A stretch of 5,439 bases of DNA from Chlorokybus atmophyticus (lineage: Eukaryota; Plantae; Mesostigma and Chlorokybus algae), in assembly GCA_009103225.1 (NCBI GenBank), contig RHPI01000378.1, forward strand, positions 1 to 5,439, in the 5' to 3' direction. Under the pieces are notes generated by a model. It worked only from the letters and a program-made list of their open reading frames with translations. It was not told the origin of the DNA and did no database searches. The position numbers and the translations under genes were made by a program. Below, piece by piece: positions 1 through 5,439 of the stretch. Positions within the stretch are counted from its first letter, which is position 1; every line of letters starts with the position of its first letter.

Positions 1-238
1 TTTTATTGTTCAATTCACCTCCCCCCGCGTCAAGCAGCGGCCTGTCCCTAGGCGTGCTTGGCGCGCGGTAGCCTCCGTCCCTGGCTGTCTTACGACGAGC
101 GCGCGAGCTACTGCGGCGGCTTCACTTGCCGCGCCGAATTATGGAGCAGTGCCAAAAATCGGGCTCTCTCTCACTGCCATGTTGCAGTGTGTCCGGTTGG
201 ACTTGAACTCAGGTCGCTAGGGCATCACCTTTTGTTGA

Positions 239-300
239 GATCCGCACTAGCCCACTCGGCTAGCCTCGCGCGAGGCTAGCCGAGTGGGCTAGTCCGGATC
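239..300. repeat. Spacerless palindrome (fold-back)
   Basis: 246-293 (ACTAGCCCACTCGGCTAGCCTCGC-GCGAGGCTAGCCGAGTGGGCTAGT) is a perfect 48-bp palindrome centred at 269/270. It extends to 239-300 with one C/C mismatch (245/294) and loosely to about 230-309. Confidence 0.97.
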
Positions 301-444
301 CAAACAATAACCACGTCATGGGATCATGCCATGGGACCCTTAGCTACAGAGCCCGTGAAAAAGCAGCTGGAGGTTCTCCTCAACAAGTGGAGTGCTCAGT
401 TTAACTTCAACGTCAAGGAGTTGGGCAAGTGCTCAGTGTATTAG

Positions 445-1278
445 ATGGACATCGACCTCGTTGACGAAAAACGGGTGTTTGGAAGGCAGTACAAACTGTC
501 CAAGTTGGAGGAACACTCGATGCAGCGATGCAAGGCATTGCTGGAGGCGGGACTCATCGAGGAGTCTGCGTCAGACTTTGCCGCAGCCACAGTTATGCCC
601 CTTAAAAAGGACTTGGAGGGCAATTGGACAAAATAGCGTATGTGTGGGGACTATCGCCCACTCAACAACAAGACCAAGCTAGACCGGTACTAATTGCCAA
701 CCGCGGAGGACATCTTCGACGGCGTCGGCTCCTGCACAGTGTTCAGCAAACTGAACATGCGGCAGGGGTATAACAAGGTCGAGATCAAGCCCGAAGACAA
801 GCACAAGATGGCATTTTGGGGCAACCGGCAGCTCTGCCACTGGAAGGTCATGCCTTTCGGACTGAAAAACGCGTCAGCGAAGTTCCAGCGCGTGATGAAC
901 AAGGCGTTGAAGGGATGCTCCTTCGCGCGGTCTTACATTAACGACATCTTAATATGTAGTCACACAGCGGAGGAGCATCTCCTCCACATCGAGGAGGTGC
1001 TAAGGAGAGTTCAGGCAGAAGGGATGACTGTGCACCCCGACAAGCGTACTTTCTTTACCCACAAGGTCCCCTACCTTGGCCATATGATTGTGCCCAACGG
1101 CGTATACGTTCAGCAGGCCAAGATGGAGGCTTTGGCATCTATCCCAGCCCCGACAGACCTGACTCTACTGCGTGCCTTCCTTGGCCTCGCCAACTTCTCC
1201 AAGAAATTTGTCAGAGACTTTGCCAAGGTGGCGCGCCCCCTCAACGCACTTTTCAAGAAGGAGACAGAGTGGAGCTAG
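445..1278 (+). pseudogene. Reverse transcriptase domain (gypsy type), inactivated
   Basis: Reads SDFAAATVMPLKKD...K*RMCGDYRPLNNKTKLDRY*LPTAEDIFD...FSKLNMRQGY...WKVMPFGLKNASAKFQRVM...YINDILI...YLGH...LRAFLGLANF. Catalytic Asp codons appear as Asn (AAC) at 754 and 940. Confidence 0.97.
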
Positions 1279-1725
1279 AAGGAGGCCCAGCAACAAGCTT
1301 TCGAAGAGCTGAAGCAGAGGCTCACCTCAGCCCCCATTTTGCAGCGACCAGACTACACCAAACCCTTTATTCTTCACACCGGCTGGAGCAAGCTCGGCAT
1401 GGGTGCTGGATTGGTTCAGCTCGACGACAACAAGAGGGAACGGGTGGTGTCCTACGCCATCCGTAGCAACAACAGCGCTGAGGCCAACTACAGCAGTTAA
1501 GAAGGTGAATGCCTTGCTGCAGTATGGGCCATCTCCTTCTTCAGACCTTTTTCTGTTCGGAAGACGGTTTTTACTGATCACCAACCACCAACCACTGCGC
1601 TGGTTCATAACCAACCAGCACCTTACGGGCATGTTGGCCAGGTGGGCCCTGCTGCTACAGGAATACGACTTCGAGATCACCCACCGGGCGGGCCTTGCCA
1701 ACCAAGACGCAGACGGTCTCAGTTG
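1279..1725 (+). pseudogene. RT connection and Ty3-type RNase H domain, inactivated
   Basis: Reads AFEELKQRLTSAPILQRPDYTKPFILHTGWS...VVSYAIRSNNSAEANYSS*EGECLAAVWA..FRP/FLFGRRFLLITNHQPL..ARWALLLQEYDFEITHRAGLANQDADGLS. D>G at 1381, E intact at 1507, D>N at 1583, D intact at 1712. Frameshift near 1550. Confidence 0.95.
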
Positions 1726-1968
1726 CAAACCCCACCTTCCACCAACGACGCCACCGGTGCCCGACATGAGCTGGGTCCAGTGGCACCACCACAAGTGGTC
1801 ACCATGTTTGCCGTAGCTGCATTGCGCTCGGGACGGGACACCATCACATGAGCGGCTCCAACAATGCCGGAAACAAAAGGGATGCCAGCGCTCACCCCCG
1901 TCGACACCGACCCATCTGCACAGACCACGCCAGCAGATGCTCAACTCCCGGCTGCAGTCCGATGTCAA

Positions 1969-2835
1969 GACATCTGGTTGGACAAGAACTCCATGGTCTA
2001 CCTACAACATGGACAACAGGCGGCAGGACTAAGCGCGCACGAGCGCGACCGCGTCAGGCAGCGCTGCAAGAACTACCGATGGGAAGATGGACTTGTCTTT
2101 CGGCGTGTCCACATCCATGATAAGGATGTTCCGGCGCCGCATTGGCGTGAGGGCATCATCGATGCGCTTCACACAGAGTTGGGACACTTCGGTATCAAGC
2201 GCACCGTCAGCTTGGTGAGTGCCCAGTACTGGTGGCATGGCATGCACACCCAGGTTTGCACCTTTGTTGCAGACTCCACGCACTGCGACCTGGTGCGTGC
2301 CATCCTCAACACCCGCACCAGCACATTGCATCCACTGCCTATCGCCGGCATGTTCTACCGGTGGGGACTGGACATCCTTGGAGATCTAGCACCCTCAGCT
2401 CATGGCAACAAGTACATCCTCGTCATGATCGAGCACTTTTCCAAGTGGGTTGAGCTGGTCGCCCTTCCCGACAAAAGCAGCAAAGGAACCGTTTAAGCTT
2501 TCCTCGACCATGTGCTTAGTTGCTTCGGCTCATGCGCTGAAGTCATCACCGACCAGGGAGCGGAGTTCCGCGGCGAGTTCAAAACCTTGCTGGATCGCTC
2601 CTACATCGACCACCGGCGCACCTCACGTGACCATCCGCGGGCGGATGGGCTGGCGGAGCATACTGTCCAGACAATCAAGAAGGCCTTGCGCAAGTACGTC
2701 ATAGACCACGAGAAGCGCTCCAGGGATGACTACCTCTTCTGGATGGCCTTGGGCTATCCATTTTCCAAGGAAGCTTCTTTGCGCATGTACAGCCCATCCA
2801 GCTGCTGTTTGGCAGAGAACCCTTACTCCCCTTCC
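1969..2835 (+). pseudogene. Retroviral-type integrase (HHCC zinc-binding plus DDE core), interrupted
   Basis: His at 2170 and 2185 (ALHTELGHFG), S/C at 2275/2284 (first Cys is TCC), D2371 (WGLD), KYILVMIEHFSKWVE, stop at 2494, D2551 (ITDQGAEF), E2656 (DGLAE). Confidence 0.96.
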
Positions 2836-3032
2836 GCGCACAAAAGACAGTGGGACACGTGCTGAACAACCTCGACAACCCTGTGGCTATGCTGCATGAC
2901 ATGCAACAGCGCGCCTACCCGCTCGCACACGTCATCCTCATAGCCATGGGCAATCTCCGCATTGCTCGACACCGGGACACGTTGCGCTATGAATGCGTCC
3001 GCAGTGGGTTCTGCAAACAGCGCAGTCGCCAC

Positions 3033-3212
3033 TTCGAGACTGGCGACTATGTCTACCGCATGATCCAAACCAAGGACGCCCTTGACCTCCGTGTCAAGCG
3101 TGTCGTCTACAAGGTCTTCAAGGTACTCGCCTCTGGAGTACTGGACTTACTTGGCAACGACGGCGAGCGCCTCAAGGACAGCATGGAGAACTGTGCTCCA
3201 TGTCACTTGCCA
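3033..3212 (+). pseudogene. Integrase C-terminal SH3-like region
   Basis: FETGDYVYR...YKVFKVLASGVLDLLGNDG...NCAPCHLP resembles the F-x-x-GD-x-V and beta-rich module that follows gypsy integrase cores. The fold assignment is by eye. Confidence 0.6.
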
Positions 3213-3266
3213 CACGTTGCAGGCTTCGACGTCATTTAGCACCCTCGACCCAGTTGCAGCAAGCGT

Positions 3267-3398
3267 TGTGAGTAGTGCGGCAGTGCCGACGACGACGCAC
3301 TCATGCTGTTGTGCAACGGATGCAACAACGGTATGCACTGCTACTGCCTCGACCCGCAAGACACTGTGCCTCTGCAGGCATATTGGTGTGAAGATCGC
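3267..3398 (+). pseudogene. PHD finger (C4HC3) fused in frame to the integrase C-terminus
   Basis: Frame 3 past TAG 3237 reads CE*CGSADDDALMLLCNGCNNGMHCYCLDPQDTVPLQAYWCEDR. Ligands: C3267, C3276, C3312, C3321, H3336, C3345, C3387. The eighth is CGC (Arg) at 3396, one transition from TGC. It matches the LLCD-x-C-x4-H-x2-CL-x-P...VP...W-C PHD pattern. Confidence 0.9.
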
Positions 3399-3464
3399 CG
3401 CGTCCATGGTCCTCCTCACTCCCCCTGAAGACTGCTCACTGGAGCAGAGACTTCCCCAATTCAC

Positions 3465-3475
3465 AGGGAGGGTGG
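3465..3475 (+). other. Candidate polypurine tract
   Basis: AGGGAGGG(T)GG lies 37 nt after the pol stop and directly at the start of the repeated LTR-like segment. It is short for a PPT. Confidence 0.4.
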
Positions 3476-3731
3476 TTTGTTGACTTGCTCTTGTTAGCAT
3501 TATCAGCAACGCATTTTCATCACTCAGAGCGCACAGCACCACATTGTACCACATGTCGTCAACCTCACATGTGTTTCCCCCACAAGTAGGTACAGGCAGG
3601 GGGGTATTCTTTGCCTTCCGTACTGTGCAGCTACACAACCAACAGTCCACAAGGCTGGCCTCATTCCCCATCATGGCAATACGGTTGGGAGCGACCTGGA
3701 GGGGCACACGACCCTGCCAGGCCCGACAACT
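3472..3731 (+). repeat. 260-bp direct repeat, copy A (LTR-like; candidate gypsy 3' LTR or its 5' part)
   Basis: Ungapped manual alignment to 4385-4644 (offset 913) gives 15 mismatches in 260 bp (94%), 12 of them transitions. TGTTG at 3478 and CGACA ending at 3728 resemble LTR termini. Repeat status is certain; LTR identity is inferred. Confidence 0.9.
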
Positions 3732-4016
3732 GTCATGCCAGCGGTCCAGGAGGGGCCAACTTCCTCGTTGATGCCTGCAGCCAGGCATTGTTCCCATGCT
3801 ATTAGCATCGACAACCGTTTTGATCGGTCATGCCTATAGCCAGACATCGACCCCGGCTACCAGTATGAGTCCCACGCGACACAAAGCAGTTGTCATTCAA
3901 TCTTTGTAGGTACCTAGTATAAGCCGTATTAGCTGATCCGTTGCGAGTTGTGACTTAGGCTTGATCTAGGTCATTTCGTAAACTAGCCATTATCTTAGAA
4001 TTGAACAAATGTCACT

Positions 4017-4029
4017 TGAATATCAGAGC
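4017..4029 (+). other. Possible degenerate tRNA-iMet primer-binding site
   Basis: TGAATATCAGAGC versus canonical TGGTATCAGAGC: 9 contiguous matches, one G>A change and one extra base. It starts 2 nt after a CA at 4013-4014. Confidence 0.3.
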
Positions 4030-4384
4030 TTAGGACTTAGTCTCTGTACGTTGATGACACTGCAAGTGAGAATTGAAAGACTTGGAACTAAGAAGTACGG
4101 ATGTTGATCTTTTAATTGCTCAGGAATTGCTCTCTAGAGGTTGTGGCTTGATGTGACTGCATCACCTCACCGCCCCAGCCAATCCACATCTACACGTGAG
4201 AGAACGCAGTGTATGCACACGTGCATTGTTTGCCACTTGATGTGATTGTGGTTGTGTGGGTGCGCATTGTGTGGTCCGCATCAGAGTGTGGTATCCACAA
4301 GTTGCCGCAATCATACACCTCACTTAACAATGGAATTATCTTGACCTCATTCAAGGAACTGTATAAGCAGCACTACCTCTAGTA

Positions 4385-4644
4385 GTGGCTTGTTGACTTG
4401 CTCTTGTTAGCATTATCAGCAACGCATTTTTATCACTTAGAGCGCACAGCACGACATCGTACCACATGTCGTCAGCCTCACATGTGTTTCCCCCACAAGT
4501 AGGTACAGGCAGGGGGGTATTTTTTGCCTTCCGTACTGTGCAGCTACACAACGAACAGTCCACAAGGCTGGCCTCATTCCCCATCATGACAATATGGTTG
4601 GGAGCGACTTGGAGGGGCACAAGACCCTGCCAGACCCGATAGCT
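4385..4644 (+). repeat. 260-bp direct repeat, copy B (LTR-like), abutting the copia fragment
   Basis: Matches copy A. TGTTG at 4391 and CGATA ending at 4641. No TSD or PPT flanks it. Confidence 0.9.
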
Positions 4645-4800
4645 TCGCCAACACACAGGGTTCACACAACACCTCTTGCATGGTTTTGAACTCCTCCAAC
4701 TTAATGTTGAAGCCATCCACCATGTCTTCCTTCACCAGCCAGGTGAGGTTATTGTAGCCGAGATGTCTAAGTCGTCGATACCACAGCGCTGCAAACTTTT
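4645..4800 (-). pseudogene. Copia integrase N-terminal zinc-binding (GAG-pre-integrase) region, core missing
   Basis: LWYRRLRHLGYNNL...MVDG...CEPCVLAK is the decayed LWHRRLGH...CxxC motif (TAT from CAT, AGA from GGA). No LVHxD or DDE core follows. Confidence 0.88.
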
Positions 4801-4918
4801 TTGTCGATGCAGTATACGCTTGCAGCCCAGCAAGCTTTACATGATACTCTCCTCCTCCATAATCTTTGACAATCATGTACACGACCCCATCAAACAGTAC
4901 ACGCCCATGGTCTCCCTA

Positions 4919-5190
4919 AAAAACAGTCCTAGACCCAGCTATTGCAGCAGCACGCACTGAGACTAGACTAACAACCGCTCGGGGAACATGTAACACATTG
5001 CGCAAGCACACTTGCCTCTCAGCTCCGTCAACACTGCAGTTGAGGTGGACGTCCCCCATACCAATGGCTGCTTCCTTACTGCTCCCAAATGCGACTTAAT
5101 CGGCTTGTCAATAAGCCTGTAGCTCTGGAACTGCTCCTTGTCAAAGGTGAAATGCTTGTTGCACCCGGAGTCCAGCACCCAAGCAGTAGC
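4919..5190 (-). pseudogene. Copia aspartic protease
   Basis: AWVLDSGCNKHF (catalytic D at 5172-5170), then after a frameshift VAFGSSKEAAIGMGDVHL...LRNVLHVPRAVVSLVSV. Confidence 0.9.
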
Positions 5191-5286
5191 AGATCTTGAC
5201 GATGCAGCTGTAAATGCCATGGGTTTCTCACCCTTGTTGTCGTTTTCGCCACCCTTCGCCTTCTTTTGCTCCGCTAACCACAGCCG

Positions 5287-5439
5287 GCACTCCATCTTGA
5301 AGTGGCCCTTCTTCCCACAATGATGACACTTGAGGGTCTTCTTGTAGTCCTTCCCCTGTTGCCACCGTTGTACGAGCCTCCTCCTCCACCCTGACTTCCT
5401 TTCTTTGAGCTTAAAGCAGCAAACGCCACCGAATCTGCT
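5287..5439 (-). pseudogene. gag: Copia gag C-terminus with CCHC zinc knuckle
   Basis: CHHCGKKGHFKMEC (CX2CX4HX4C) at 5328-5287. It is preceded, across a frameshift, by Gly-rich VAFAALSSKKGSQGGGGGSYNGGNRG. Confidence 0.9.

Larger units (their letters stand above)
340..3428 (+). pseudogene. pol: Gypsy pol polyprotein pseudogene
   Basis: Reconstructed reading: frame 1 from about 340 to 1550, frame 2 from about 1550 to 1733 (+1 T in the T5 run at 1548-1552), frame 1 from 1735 to 2796, frame 3 from 2799 to 3428 (1-nt loss near 2797 restores YSP-QLLFGREPLLP). Internal stops at 442, 634, 691, 1276, 1498, 1849, 2494, 3237 and 3273. Probable native stop TGA at 3426-3428. Confidence 0.95.
340..3731 (+). 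mobile_element. Degenerate, 5'-truncated Ty3/gypsy LTR retrotransposon (RT-RNaseH-INT-PHD, candidate PPT and 3' LTR)
   Basis: The RT-RH-INT domain order is diagnostic of Ty3/gypsy. Motifs read across stops: MCGDYRPLN, MPFGLKN, YIND, YLGH, EGECLA, ARWALLLQEYDF, GHFG, WGLD, TDQGAEF, DGLAE. No gag or protease is recognisable in 1-340. The right boundary depends on the LTR interpretation. Confidence 0.95.
4645..5439 (-). mobile_element. Degenerate Ty1/copia gag-pol fragment (runs off the right edge, truncated at left)
   Basis: The minus-strand order of zinc knuckle, protease, then integrase HHCC is the copia order. Inferred frameshifts near 5354 and 5095; stop at 4918-4916. Confidence 0.93.

Noticed and set aside
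58-279. 73-aa ORF upstream of RT as gag or protease
   Set aside because: No DSG/DTG motif, zinc knuckle or gag features. Its end runs through the palindrome.
3-310. TTATTGTT (3-10) and AACAATAA (303-310) as MITE terminal inverted repeats
   Set aside because: Only 8 AT-rich bp, not extendable, with no TSD visible at the window edge.
1327-1968. 213-aa and other antisense or alternate-frame ORFs over pol (441-623, 690-902, 2029-2331, 2623-3068, 3082-3483)
   Set aside because: These are shadow ORFs of GC-rich coding sequence. The real signal is in the pol frames.
1735-1968. Long Pro/Ala/Thr-rich RNase H-integrase tether as an extra domain (such as the additional RNase H of Tat/Ogre)
   Set aside because: It is low-complexity linker with no RNase H catalytic pattern.
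3192-3206. CAPCH as a c-type heme-binding CxxCH motif
   Set aside because: It sits inside a retrotransposon polyprotein with no secretion or cytochrome context.
3147-3797. 216-aa minus-strand ORF (with its 121-aa twin at 4351-4716) as a REM1-like antisense regulatory gene
   Set aside because: No recognisable domain. About 8 amino-acid changes over roughly 12 nucleotide differences between the two repeat copies means no sign of purifying selection. It also overlaps the PHD antisense.
4280-4295. ATCAGAGTG and TGGTATC as tRNA-iMet or PBS remnants
   Set aside because: Matches of 7-9 nt with no adjacent LTR end and no tRNA structure.
3917-4368. GTATAAGC repeated at 3917 and 4361 as paired promoters
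   Set aside because: An 8-mer match without surrounding homology, and it cannot be supported as a promoter from sequence alone.
3472-4644. CRISPR array or satellite
   Set aside because: Only two long copies, with no short repeat-spacer periodicity and no cas genes, in a eukaryotic TE context.

Overview
Eukaryotic transposon debris, about 55% GC, probably from the green lineage (host not determinable from sequence). (1) 340-3428 (+): a decayed, 5'-truncated Ty3/gypsy pol in the order RT - RNase H - integrase, with 9 internal stops and 3 inferred frameshifts. The integrase C-terminus continues in frame into a PHD finger (3267-3398) that the ORF track misses, at the position where chromoviruses carry a chromodomain. 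(2) A short purine tract is followed by a 260-bp LTR-like repeat at 3472-3731, which recurs as an ungapped 94%-identical direct copy at 4385-4644. (3) 4645-5439 (-): a decayed Ty1/copia fragment (gag zinc knuckle, protease, integrase N-terminal HHCC) that breaks off right after the integrase CxxC and abuts the second repeat copy. (4) Upstream of the RT, where gag and protease should be, there is a 48-bp perfect spacerless palindrome (246-293) with nested internal hairpins. No intact genes, RNA genes or CRISPR arrays. The PHD-tailed integrase is the most interesting element; PHD domains are known in some algal retroelements, so novelty needs a database check.
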